A stretch of DNA of 64,000 bases from Phoronis australis (taxonomy: Eukaryota > Animalia > Phoronida). Under the pieces are notes generated by a model. That model saw only the letters and a program-made list of their open reading frames with translations, was not told where the DNA came from and ran no database searches. Positions 26,744 to 39,359 of the stretch are shown here, in pieces. The position numbers were made by a program, and so were the translations under genes. The number at the start of each line of letters is the position of its first letter. Within the stretch, counting starts at the first letter, position 1. The DNA lies in contig NMRA01000392.1 in assembly GCA_002633005.1 (NCBI GenBank), forward strand, positions 314,279 through 378,278, given 5' to 3'.

Positions 26744-29700
26744 ATATCCTTTTTTACAAAACTTTATATGTCAAATCCGTGTATTCCTTGTGTTTTTTTT
26801 GTAAATTAATCTGCCTTAGTTATCACCTGAGTAGGTAGCAGTCTATCAGTTATAAGGTGTTACTAAAATATGAACATTTTATGAATTACAACCTTCTAAT
26901 GTGTTTACTGTAAATGGCCATTTACACCAGAAATTCAAAAGTTAAACTATAACTTGGGCCTAAAATTTAGTCAATTTTAAAAAAAATTTGTGTCATGTTG
27001 ACACAGTAGCTTTTTTCCAAGTATAGTTTGTGTTGAAAGACATCCGATGTGCATTTTGGCTGAACTTGGAAGTGGGTTTGAAAGATGCTCTGTATGTCCT
27101 TAACCAAAGGATTTCCATTTTTTGCTTGATGCCCTGTTACAACTGAAAAGACTAAAGGCTTAGCTTTAGTTAAAATAATCTTTTAAGTATTACGCTGTGT
27201 GCAGTTCATTATTTTTATTTTATTGGTAAACTATATCTTAGTTTAAAATGGTTAGATACAGTTCTGTGAAATATGAGCAGCCTAAAAATCTGTTTATAAT
27301 TTCACTGAACACGGTTTATGTTTTTTCCTTATATTGGTAGATTTTATTTTTTAAATAGGTAATACTTAAAAGCCTAGTTTAATTTCAGTGAGGACAGTTA
27401 TATTTTGCTTGGTCCCCTTTTCATGCTATGTAGCTGTCAATATCCTTGAAACTATTTGTAAGTTCAATGAGCCTTGTTTATTCGAGTTCTTTCTGGTAGA
27501 TTTTTGGTTTTAATTGGTTGGCAACAGTTGGTATACTTAAGCTATTTGTATTATGTGTTGATTTCATTCTTTTGTGAATGCGTCAGGCATAATCAGTTTT
27601 ATCACTGAGCTAGCGTGGGTTGTAATCCATACAAGATGCTACCAACTGTAAGAACAGAAAGTGTGCCAGTCTTCGCTAATGCCTTAAATATTAAGTAGCG
27701 AACTTATAATAAAATAAGGATTATAAATGGATTTTTGCTATGTAAATTATCTTGCTGTAATCTGATTATTTTTTTGTCATTAAGATTTGACACAAGACAC
27801 ATTAATAACAAGTGATGCTTTCTGCTTTTGAATGCCGCCTGCTTATTCAATGCTGCTGGTGGAGTTATTGCTAAATATTGTGAATAGGGACATTGCTAGA
27901 GCTTATTTACAAAGACTGCAACCAGTATCATGGTAATGAACAGTTAATAAAACTGTTCACTATTATTCATGTAATGCAGTCTTATAGTCCCAGCACTTAA
28001 CTTGTTTAGACACTTTGTTCTAAGCAATCTAGAATTCTGCCTGTATGTTCTTTGAAAAAGTTGGCAAATTCCCCCTAAATTCAGTTTTTTTTTTGAAGTT
28101 ATGGCAATTACCCAAAAGGAAAGGTGACCTAAAGTAATGCTAAATTATTTGAATTACTTGTCGCTATAATGAATAAACAATGCTAACCTAAACCGCAAAT
28201 TTAAGACACAAAGACGACCGACAACTTAAATTATATTTTATTTTTTTCACGTAAAATATGTAGCACCAAATTGATGCTTTATCATGTTCATGTTTTGTAT
28301 AATGTCTACCATCACAAAATTTTTAAAATGCCTGGGCACTCGCTGCTATGAAAGAGGACCTTGTAAAATGAGAAAAGCGTCAGTTGTGACAAATATTTTT
28401 GTCCAAAATTGGCTAGTTTTTACAGTACTACTGCTATTATGTGGAAATTTTGCTTCAAAGTTTCAGCACTTATCAAGGAGAAGAAATTTTATCAACTTTT
28501 TTGGAAACTGTTATATTGTTTTTCCATTTATGATTCTAAGTTCTTAGTAATTGCACAATACTACGGATATCCTTGTTTGTTTTTAGGCTCTGTGAATTAG
28601 GAAAGCACCTTTTCTCTACACTGTAGAATATTGCAGTCAAACTGTGTGGACTAAAATAATAGCTAAAATTGCCTTGTTTGTTTTTTCAAGGTTTCCTGAC
28701 ACTGCTGTGAATGCTAGAATTTTTCAAAACTGCCAGATGATGGCGATGATATAGAAACTAAATTATAAAACCATTAATTTGGTCCTACAATTTTCCAGTA
28801 AAAAATAACAAAATGAAATTTTACATATTATATCATAAATTGGTGATATTTCACCGTAGTCAATGAATGTGTTCAGTAGCATATCTTTAGATAAAGAAGT
28901 AATGAGATCATGTCCACCTACATATTTAATGCTTTTATCCATTGTTCGATCATTGAACCTACAGAGCCTCAGGTAGCCAGTGTTCAAGATGTGCTAAGAT
29001 GGCTCATTACACCTTTGTTTAGTCAATACAAATGTTCTTCATGGTTTGCTTTTGTTTTCGCAGCGCAGCAGCATCCACTCATCAATTGTTCATTAGTCAG
29101 GTTATTCCGCCTGCTCTTAAGTGACATCCCCCATTGTATTTGAATTCTACAGAAATAACTGATGTGTATTGTGTTTTCTGCATTCTGTTAAGATTTTTAT
29201 CCTACGGTATTAAGGTCGTCCTCAAAAATAAAATACTTCCATTACTTGTTGAATATATGTGTTTTATGTGATATCCTTGTCAGTTGAGAGTTTGTCTAGT
29301 TTTATTAAAAGCCTGTCTCAAAAATGTCTCATTCCATTTTATTAAGAGGTGCCTGTCTCAAAACTGTCTCTTTTCTTTCAAGTGCGATAATAGAAATGAT
29401 AGTACATGGTGGCTGTCATCCAATTGCTTCACTTATAAGATGATGAAAATGAGGGTGATGGTGGTGAATACAAGTTCAGTAGTTCTCATATTAATCTTAA
29501 AATTAGCCGTAGCATAGGGGTAGTCCTTCAATGCTTTTCATGATGGCTCTTCTGAAATCAGCAGTCGTGGTTAAGAAAATAAGTTTTTGCTTTGCGGGGA
29601 TAAGTGGTTTAATTTCAGGAGTAACTGGCAAAACGCCAGTGGTTCAGTATGAACAGTTGCCAGTGTGAGACATAGATTACTTGATGTGCAAGAATTATTT

Positions 29701-31273
29701 TGTAGAATAAGAAATTACCTAAAATTCGATGCATGAATTTCATGGGGAAGGTCTTGTATTATTAGTACTGTGTTTAATAAATATTGACATAATTTTATAA
29801 TCCAAGGGGATAGCTTCCATATGTAACTGAATACACACTGAGAAGTACTGGTGATTGACAAGATGTATAATCTGCTGTTATCTCTATGACATAAGAAATA
29901 CTACAATATACATTGTGTGTTAAGTTCAGTCCACACTGGGACTAACTTACCCTAGAACAAGTTAGTCTTGGAATGAGTTGTCGCTAGGTTTGGAGGGAGT
30001 GAAACTTACCCCACTTGTGACAACTTACTCCACCTTATCAAGGTAGGGTAACTTTTTCTGTGGTAACTTGTGCTACACGCAATTGCTGTGTGGCTGCAAA
30101 TTTGGGGCAAGGCGGAAATAATTATTGGCCGCGGTTACATAACAGGCAGGTCTTCTGTGTTGTATTCACATCAGCTGTTCATTGTCATGCACAGAGCAAC
30201 ATCTTCCACCTTGGTCTAGTTATCAGATATGTGTGTATGGGGATGCTCCTCTTAAAAGTGGAGTAAGTTGAACTAGTGCTACTTTAGTACCGTAGTATCT
30301 GCAATAGATGACTGTGATATCAGTTAAAGGAGGTGGTGCATACTTATGAAAAGTACTAAGGTTACACCTTCATAGCCAATGTAATTGTTATTGCCATCCT
30401 CATTATATATGAGATTGTCTATAGATATCAAAATTTATAAAAGCGTACAAAGGCATGCTTTGGGCAAAGCAGATCCATAATACTTCTATAAATTGTTGAT
30501 TTTTTTTCTCCCTGTAAACAATTTCCAGTGACAATTTCAAAAAATGTTTAAGTGTATGTCGGGCATTAGTGCTCTGTTCACAGTTTTCACCGCTTTCACG
30601 AGCGTACAAATCGTGTGGTTTTGGGGAGAGACGGGGCTTGCTCACTAAGTGAACCCTTTTGACGTTGTAAAAATGGTGGTATCAAATAACAGGCACTTTT
30701 TCGATATATTCTGAACAACTTTGATACAATGTGCTGAACTGGGGTGGGAAACCAAATTAACATTGGCTACGCTTGTTTATCTTGGGTTAGAACACGTTGA
30801 TGGTGTCGCATGCGAGTCATGTTTTTGGCAAGCTTACAGCCTTGATGTGACAGGGCACTAATTCCCCTCCCCCATCATACATTTGGTACTGGACAACACC
30901 ACCTAATCATCTTACGATCACTGATCTTAATCTGTGTGCTAAACTATAGTTAAGTTCATAGCAGGTACATTTCGCTTAGCTCTTAGTCAGGTCTTAGTCA
31001 ACTCATAGTGCTTGAACCATGTTTCAGTAGACACTAGTTGCATGCTGTGTTCATCCTTAACTATGTTCACACCAGCACACTGACGCCAATGCTGGACAAC
31101 ACCACCTAATCATCTTACGATCACTGATCTTAATCTGTGTGCTAAACTATAGTTAAGTTCATAGCAGGTACATTTCGCTTAGCTCTTAGTCAGGTCTTAG
31201 TCAACTCATAGTGCTTGAACCATGTTTCAGTAGACACTAGTTGCATGCTGTGTTCATCCTTAACTATGTTCAC
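26744..31273 (+). other. U12-type (minor spliceosome) AT-AC intron of prospero
   Basis: 5' end ATATCCTTT (26744), branch point TCCTTAAC (31257-31264), terminal AC at 31272-31273. Splicing joins ...AVGT to [17 protein letters not shown] in frame, just before the homeodomain, where Drosophila prospero has its known AT-AC intron. Confidence 0.92.
29923..30280. mobile_element. Second, right-truncated copy of the 22884-23247 MITE inside the U12 intron
   Basis: Shared gtccacac, gagttg.cgctaggttt, tgtgacaacttactc.acctta and ttaaaagt.g.gtaagttg. Confidence 0.65.
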
Positions 31274-31294
31274 ACCAGCACACTGACGCCAATG
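30889..31294. repeat. Perfect 203-bp tandem duplication including the U12 branch point, the AC acceptor and the first 21 nt of the homeodomain exon
   Basis: 30889-31091 and 31092-31294 read identically (ctggacaacacc...cactgacgccaatg). Confidence 0.93.
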
Positions 31295-31428
31295 CATCTG
31301 CGAAAGGCAAAACTCATGTTCTTCTACGTCCGCTACCCCAGCTCAGCTGTTCTCAAGATGTACTTCCCTGACATACTATTCAACAAGAACAACACCGCCC
31401 AGCTGGTGAAGTGGTTCAGCAACTTCAG
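31274..31428 (+). CDS. pros: Prospero homeodomain exon
   Basis: [51 protein letters not shown](R), the typical prospero-class homeodomain; donor AG|GTAGTC, phase 2. Confidence 0.96.
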
Positions 31429-31452
31429 GTAGTCATGCTTCCTTACACTTAA

Positions 31453-31814
31453 AGCTGCATATCATGCTTTTTAGCTGGCTAAAACATAATTCAAATTAGG
31501 CCTTTAACTCTTCCAAAATTTATTGTAATATTCCTCATCATTATAGGATTCTATCTCTGTCACTAGTTCCGGTCAGAGGCAATGCATACAGGGGCCAGTT
31601 TGTTTCAAATTCACAATTTTAGGTTGGACCAACTCCAATGCCAATGTACTCTGAGGCATTCTCTTGTGTTGTTGTTGGTTTTAATGTTCTACTGGTAAGG
31701 AGAAATTGAATGCCGTCACGTCACGGAAAGGGAGATCATGAGACTGATTTTCTAAGAGTAAAAGCCCTAACGCAATGTTTGTTTTTAGCTGACTAAAGAG
31801 GGTGAAATGTAACT
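31453..31814. mobile_element. Kolobok-like MITE, same family as 18-333
   Basis: TTAA|AGCTGCATATCATG ... GGGTGAAATGTAACT|TTAA; shares internal motifs (ggctaaaacata, gactgattt) with the first copy; lies about 25 nt downstream of the exon donor. Confidence 0.6.
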
Positions 31815-34800
31815 TTAATGTGATAACCTTCTATTATTTTGGTATGGATTATTGTTGTCATCAAATTATTACAAGATTTTTATGGTTGAGCAAACCGTTA
31901 GAAGGTGATATGTGCAAACTGTGAGAGAAAATTGGACATCAGATCATTGATCACAACAAAATTGAAAACGTTCAAATCAGTGATTGCTTTCTGAAATGTT
32001 TTAAATGTAGAAATGTCTGTCTAGATGTTTGTCTCCGGATGTTTATTCTGAGTGTTAGGTATGGAGATTAGTTATCTATTAACACATTGTTACTGAATAT
32101 TACCTGTGATCTTTGGAGCAATATTTTGAAAAATGAGCACCGTTGTTAAATACCAAAATCCCAAAAGAAGTCATCATTTCAGTGGCACTTCGCCAGTATC
32201 CACTTTTCAAGGTGTGCCCATTTCTGGAGACGTCCTGTAACCCGGTGCCTGTTGCTTGCTGAACTCATCTTCGTCCATTATTATTCAGTACAGATGAATT
32301 ACATAGACTTCCAAGACAGCCAACTTCAACAATACCCATGATCATAATTTACAAAGCCTCGAAAAAATCAATGATGTGAATGCATTTGTGTATGTCTAAG
32401 GCATGATAATACAAACAACACAAGATGCTGGTGACTTAAAATTTAAATGGACTTTTAAGTTTGTCATCGAGTCATCTTTAGTTTGTACTGCACACATTTT
32501 TAAAACCCAACCCAAGTATGGCCTACTAAGTTTGCATAGATTGTTTGCTTGTTTGTTTACACATCGAGCAGATATACAGGTCTCGAACAGTATATCACTA
32601 GTTTGATCTGTCATCAGGTGTGGAATAAAATGTAAAAATTAACAACATTGTTTAGTATCTGTTGTGAATTCATATTTTAGGTTGTCTGTTGTCGCATATT
32701 ATTTTACAGGACTGGCACATCACTTACTGGGGATATAATAATACTTCCCTCATCTCCCACACAATTGCCAATAGAAGTTGTCACATTTATATTTTTCAAT
32801 GGTTGATTACCTTGCAGCCAAAAGTGGGACTTAAACAATTTTGTTCACATCTACACCCTCCAAACCAACCTAAAATAGTTGCTTAGCATTTATTTTTGTT
32901 GAGAAATGTCACAAAACAAAATTTGAGTTATCAGCCACATTCTGTGCGAATAGTTGAAGAACTGTAGTATTTTTATTTTCCTTAAATTTTGTAGATACGC
33001 TAAAATATCATTCACTTCACTTGAAGAATTACAGGCATGTACTTGGGTTATTGCATAGATGGTGGTGTGCATCTTTTTACACCTGGTTGCTACCTTCATG
33101 AGTGTGTCTAATGAAATTCTGCGCGTCATTAGTCCTGTGTTCAGATGTTCTTGATGAATGAGGTTCAGGTATGGTGGTAGTGTGGTTTAGAACAAAGGCA
33201 TTTTAAGTTGATACAAGGGTCTCATGATGGTTGCTTGAATTCGGAATTGGCATTCATGAGCTTATTTTGTCACAGTTTGTACTTATTGCTCTGTTTTTGT
33301 AGGTATTTTCACCATATTGCTGTAATGTGTACTGTTTCTTTTTGTCATTCATGAGCATCTTTGAAAATAGTTGCGAAACAATTCAGATGATTTTTGATAC
33401 CTTGCAAGATAACGTAATGTCATTTATTATTGAACCTAAAATTTTGAATACTGAATTTAATTTCTAAATTAGTTAATGCTTGCCCGTCTTAGTGTAATTT
33501 GCAAGTTTGTTATGATTTGTTTGCTATAAAAAGTTGGTTTCATAATCAGTGTGTCCTCTCAACTGTCATATAACTAGTTTGAAATTGTACTTATGGTTAT
33601 GTTACTGATATTTAAAATACAATACACAGCTTACCAAACTCAGAAATTTGTTTTGTTAAGGAAATCAGCTACAGTTAAATAGATGCACAGGATTGGGTTT
33701 ACTTGTTGTGATGTTAACAATGGCATGCAATTTATATAGTGAAGTGGTGCAAATCTTAAGGAAATGGCAATTTCACAGTCTCTACAGTTAGTTACTGATA
33801 GGGGAGATCAATACATTTCAATGGGTCCATTTATAATGTCAAGTTTTCATGCCATTCCATGCCTGAATAGCATGTTGACTTTGAAGTCAAGAAACCAAGG
33901 TTTGCATTATATAACTGCTATTACAATAGGGCTGTAAATCATGAGCAAGGCAAGTGTGGAAGAATAAGCAACATTGGTTGCCTACCTTTAACTGCATAAT
34001 TGATAAGACTTACTCTCAAGAGTGCCTTTGCTCCTTTCTTAGACAACATTATATGCTACTTAACTAATGACATGGTAGCAGCAAGCTTTTAGCTTAATTT
34101 GATCTAGCTCAAGTTAGCTACCTTAATGTTGTTGATAATCGGGAAATAATGGGCCAGATAGTTTCTTAATAAATTGTTGTGGGAATTGTAATCACATTTC
34201 AATTGTTTCTTATTTATGTATTTGGATCCCCCTGTTGATGGCTAGCTAGTTTTATTGTTATTCTTCATCCCTCTGGATAGTGGCTGCTGATAAGATTATC
34301 ATTGACTTTCCTATCTGACTGGTGGGTTGTATACAGCACTAAGGGATTAGCTGATAGCTAGCTTGTTGCTGTTGATTAATGCCTCAATTTTTCCAGGTGG
34401 CGAACAATTGAAATTTCCTTCATAGCTAGGTCATTGTTCTTCTTGTGATAAGATTTTCTTCAACAGATAAGATATTCTTCATTTTTATCAGCAGGATAAG
34501 ACCTGTTGTTAGCTTTAGTTGACATCTGTTAAACCCAAGTTATGGTTTCTCGTTTAGGGTTTTGAACCCTATATGCGTAGCATATTTTTAAAGTTATTGA
34601 CTTTTTGTCTTATTTTTAACATTAGTTCATAGAAAGTGTAGTTGCATTGTCTTGTTCTATTTAGTTGCACATTCTTTCATCTTAATTATCCTTCTGTTAT
34701 AGAATAAATATTCCATTAAATATGAATAATAATGGCTAACTGGACAAAGCATTAGAAATTAAAACAGGTGGCTTAACAAAAATATTTTCATCAATAAAAT

Positions 34801-35261
34801 TGTTTTTAAAAGAAACTGCTGGCTTTGAGTAAGTCTTAACTATACTGATTGATGAGAAATGTGTATTTTTGTTACTTCAACTTTGTTACGACGAGGTCTG
34901 ATAGCCGATTCAATCTACATAATTAAAATACGATTTTTTCTTTATTGTGACACAGGAAATGAAGTACTATAGAAATAATATTGGTTGTTGCTAGTCATAA
35001 GTCATAATAAAAGTTACACAAACAGTCAATGCATGATAGTGACAAATATGGATGATAATACTTGTCAAGATTTGTACAGTGACACCTGGATTACCTCAAA
35101 GTCCAACTGCTGCCTGGTGGTTTGGCAATTGCCCCTATTATGTTGCACACAGAGAAGAATTAATGAGGAGCATATTATTGCCACATTGGATAAACGTTTA
35201 TTTCACATAGCTAATCGCGTGTGCTTTCCCCCCTCAGTGTGTATATGATGGGTCTTGTTAC

Positions 35262-35685
35262 CAAGGTACCTAAACTACATGGTTAACGGACTCATAAATA
35301 CGGTCACGGACGCATGAACATGACTCACAGACCTGCAAAACCATCCACTGACTCACAAACACGGGAACGGACTCACAAAAACGGGACACGGACTCATATT
35401 CATGAGGGAACACAGTTAACGGACCGCCAAACACGGGTCATGGACTCATCGGCTTCTTGGGTCAGTTGACATCTACATTTTGTTCGTAAACTGTGTTTGG
35501 CTGTCCGTTAAACGTGTTTCTTCGTGAATGTGAGTCCCGTGTATTTGGATGAATGGAGATCGTGTTTTGTGAGTCCGTTCCCATGTTTGTGAGTCAGTGG
35601 ACGGTGCTTGCAGGTCCGTGAGTCATGTTCATGCGTCCGTGACCGTGTTTATGAGTCCCTTAACTGTGTAGTTTAGGGAACCTTG
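35262..35685. mobile_element. Foldback MITE with about 135-bp TIRs and internal gactcac repeats
   Basis: CAAGGTACCTAAACTACA...GGACTCACAAAA is mirrored by TTTTGTGAGTCC...TGTAGTTTAGGGAACCTTG. Confidence 0.85.
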
Positions 35686-36263
35686 ATTACCTAGAGAAAG
35701 ATAACATCAGCAGCCTGAGGCGATTTAATTAACCACAACAGCATGTTGCGTTTGACCTAAATGGACAGATTCTGTGGAATGGAAACCTGTGGAGTTGCCC
35801 AATTTCGACCGGCTAGGGTGTCATCAATAGTTATGGTAGTTATATGTAGTAGTTAAAGTAAATGTAGTTGTAAGAGCAGTAACAGTTATACTCAGTGTGA
35901 CTCAGTCTTACCACGACTCCTCTGTTCTAAGATGAGCCTCACCTATCCAGGTGAGCGTCACCCCATGCTCTTATGCTAGTCTATTCTCTGGAAGTCTTTT
36001 CTAGGCCGTTTTACACATTCCATCATGTCACTTATTTTCATCTTTTGGTCCAATACTTTTAAGAACTCTTGCTAAGTACTGATCAGCATAGTTGTCAATC
36101 ATGTCACTTTGCCACCTGTCTGCTGGTAATGGTACTTTGTCTCCCTCTTCAACAGAATTTTGCAACACATATTGGAGAAGTTTTCCTGTGGCACTAATTT
36201 TAATTGCGATAGTAGAATGTACTTGTGATTTATGGCAATAACCGTTACTTTCAACTTTTCCAG

Positions 36264-36408
36264 AGAGTTTTACTACATACAGATGGAGAAGTATTCTCGT
36301 GCTTCTCTGGCCGATGGTGTCCAACATGCTGAAGAACTGACAGTGACAACGGACTCGGAGATCTACCGAGTACTTAATCTTCACTACAACCGCAACAACC
36401 AGTTAGAG
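36264..36408 (+). CDS. pros: Prospero homeodomain end / Prospero domain exon
   Basis: Acceptor ttttccag|A; (R)[48 protein letters not shown]; donor GAG|GTGAGA, phase 0. Phases match both neighbouring exons. Confidence 0.96.
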
Positions 36409-39359
36409 GTGAGACTCACTTATTGTATTCTAATCACCTGATGTTACATAACAACTTTCTCTGGATCAGCATTATGTGTTGCGTTCATAGGGTTTCAACA
36501 ACTTTAGGGTCTCAATTGTGTTGCCAAAACCCTATAGGACTGATTAACTTTACTGCCTCCTTTATGATTGCAAACATTGGGCTTTTTCTTTAGCTACAGC
36601 TGTTTTTACATGGGGAACAGTTGTCACGGTGCGAGTTGCCACTTTAGGTGCATTTACACTACATTAGATGGCAAACTGGGTCAGCATGAGTCATTTACTC
36701 GAAGACTGTCTGTGCATGCTTGCGTAGACTATAGTGAACGTCCAAACCATGTAGAATGCTAGCAAATCGCTCGTACCTACACTATAACGCAAGTGTAACA
36801 GAGATGATCCCTTCTGCCTTGTCTCAGTTTGTGTTTGGACGTGTAATTGAAGCTGATCGAGTGCAACTTGCTCTACCTCACAACCAGTGTCAAAAATGGC
36901 TGTCACGGTGTCAACTTGCCCCGTGTCGGTCATGCTTACACACACAAACTTTTACCCGATCAGCTGTTTCCCGTGTAAATCCAACCAAGTAACTGCCCAA
37001 ACATCCGCAAGACTTTACCCACTCCTTTAAACAGTTGGTTTTAGGTGACTGTTAAGAAGGCTGATAGATAGTAGTGCCGTTTTCATGTATTTGGAAATCC
37101 CAGAAATATTTCAGGGAGGAATGCAAATGGTCATGTTCCAAAGGTCTCGCAAATACAGGAAAGTTGAGTCACCCCTATTGGCAGACACTAACACTACACA
37201 GTCTATGCACTACAATGCTCGTGTCTGGACCAGTGGTTTATGGTAAAGATGATAATCAGAATTTTACTTGAATCAACAAACCACATAATTCATGAATAAT
37301 TTTCCTCTCAGTATTAATCCTGCCTGCGAAATTTTGTGCACCTCAAAGTCCCTGTAAATTAGTGTCAAATACAGCATTTTCTTTGTAAAAATTTGCTTGA
37401 AAATACACAAAATTATTTCCGCCAATTTTCACTTGGAACCAGTATGTTGTGATAGCGGACAATGGCTACCTTGACCATGGGATTTTCAACTCCACTTTGT
37501 TGTCAGATTGGCCACTGAACTTGGAAGTGTTGTAATGAACATTCTCATGGTCAAGTCATGGTTGTCATTCTCAAAACCAATTTCAGTGCAACTTGGATTG
37601 AAAAGTAAGCCTTGATGTTTGAGGTTCCAGATTGCAGTTTTCAAAACTGCTTGGACTATAGAAAAAGACTTAGACTAAAATTTTTGTTTTCTCAACTTCA
37701 CAAATTTTGCACATACATCAAACACCTAGATTTTTATAGAAATAAATAAGATTTTTTTTCAAATTACTTTACTGTTCAGCTGTTACTAACAACAAGTGAA
37801 ATTTTGTTGGCATACTAATTAGGTTTTGAAAAAGACAATTTTGCTTTATAAGTTTGTGAGATGCTGAATGCACTATCTTGTTTGGGAGGATGGCTAATTG
37901 TGCCCAACTGTTGAATGTGTCTAGAAGACTTCAGTAAGATTTGTACCCTCTGGCATCAGAATACTTCAGAAACAATAGGTCTTTTCATCAGCACATGCAG
38001 CCATGCTGATAATTGCTTCTACTTGTTTTTTAATATCAAATTTCTGGACAAGACTATCAGAAGGCAAATGTTTGCTAACCCAAGCGAATTACTATGAACC
38101 TCAGAAAGAAATCGGAGACTAATTCCGTACTCTTGCCATTAAATATACATTTGCTGGGAAATTGGTTGTCTAGAATTCTATTATCTTTGACCGGGATAAT
38201 TGCGAAGAAAATAGCTCCAATACTCATCTGCAATTTCCAAAAGCAATTTTTGCCTAAAATGGTGATTATCCAGTTGATGTAAAGCAAACTCAGACAGAAT
38301 ATTTCCGTTATTTGTGTTTTGATCCTGTCAGCATTTATTCCACACGTTCAGTTGTTGAGAAATGTGAATATTAATTTCAAAGGTCTTCATCAAATTCATT
38401 TTGTGACCACCCTAAGTATTCACAGAATGTTAAGATATCAAGAATGTTACTGATCAGTAATCGCATTAATAGTTATACAGTTGAATCCCAAAAGTTATGT
38501 TTTCTTTGAGTGTCTGTACTATCATGAGCAGTTACAAGGTTCCAGTTGCCTCTGATTTTTTATGCTTGGGTCACCTATAAGTCACATTCGTTATTTGTTG
38601 AATTTTATCAAAAATTTTGTGTGATTGGTCCTGCCCTGGTGATCACCAGGCCTATGTGAGCTTAATACAATCACATGGTGATGATTAAGATATTACCAGG
38701 AGATAATTCACGTATTTAATGAGATGAAAAGTAAATTTCCCAGTCCAAGATAATTGGCTGAGAGCTGCTATTAAGATACGCTATTAGTCATAATTTAAGT
38801 TTGTATGACACTGAGGTAATGGCTGTAAAGGAAATTATCTGTGTTAGAAGGAAATTGATGAATTATTCTATTTGCTACTACAATTACTTGTTGATAGCAT
38901 CTGCACTGTCTTGTTGATTGGGGATATCACAAGGTTGGCTTAGCTGAAACTGTGTGATTGCCTACAATTATAGCTCTTTTAATTACTTGAGCTGCAAACT
39001 TCCTAAATGACTTTTCTCAGTAGCAATCAATGATTGCTACTTCCCTTAAACTGAAAACAATCTGTCTCTTTCATTTGATTTTATGCTAACCTTAATAGCC
39101 TGAATAGGACTTCAGGAATTGTATGTGCACGTTTTGTGTTGCCAATGTTTGTTAGTGTATAAGATCTCGCTTTTAAAATTAGTTTTATGTAATTTCTGTT
39201 AAAAGCTGGCCCATCTTTTGTACTGTTCTCAGAAAACATAATTTGACATTCCAAGAATTTGCCAGCACTTCCTGTCATCACTAAGTCACGCGATGTGAAT
39301 CATAACTGGGATGGTAATGCAATTCTGTTTTGTTTCAAGAGAATACCGTTTGTTATTTA

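Noticed and set aside
26744-26809. ORF-track C-terminus ISFFTKLY...FVN* of the 572-aa ORF as the real protein end
   Set aside because: It is read-through into the U12 intron; the homeodomain and Prospero domain lie in downstream exons.
27434-27439. 6-nt microexon CTGTCA between a TAG and the donor at 27440
   Set aside because: No U12 branch point at a suitable distance; it would need a hybrid U12-donor/U2-acceptor intron; no further support.
26735-31278. GT-AG intron flanking the U12 sites (GTAGGA at 26735 to CAG ending 31278)
   Set aside because: Donor phase 0 and acceptor phase 2 are incompatible and would frameshift the homeodomain.
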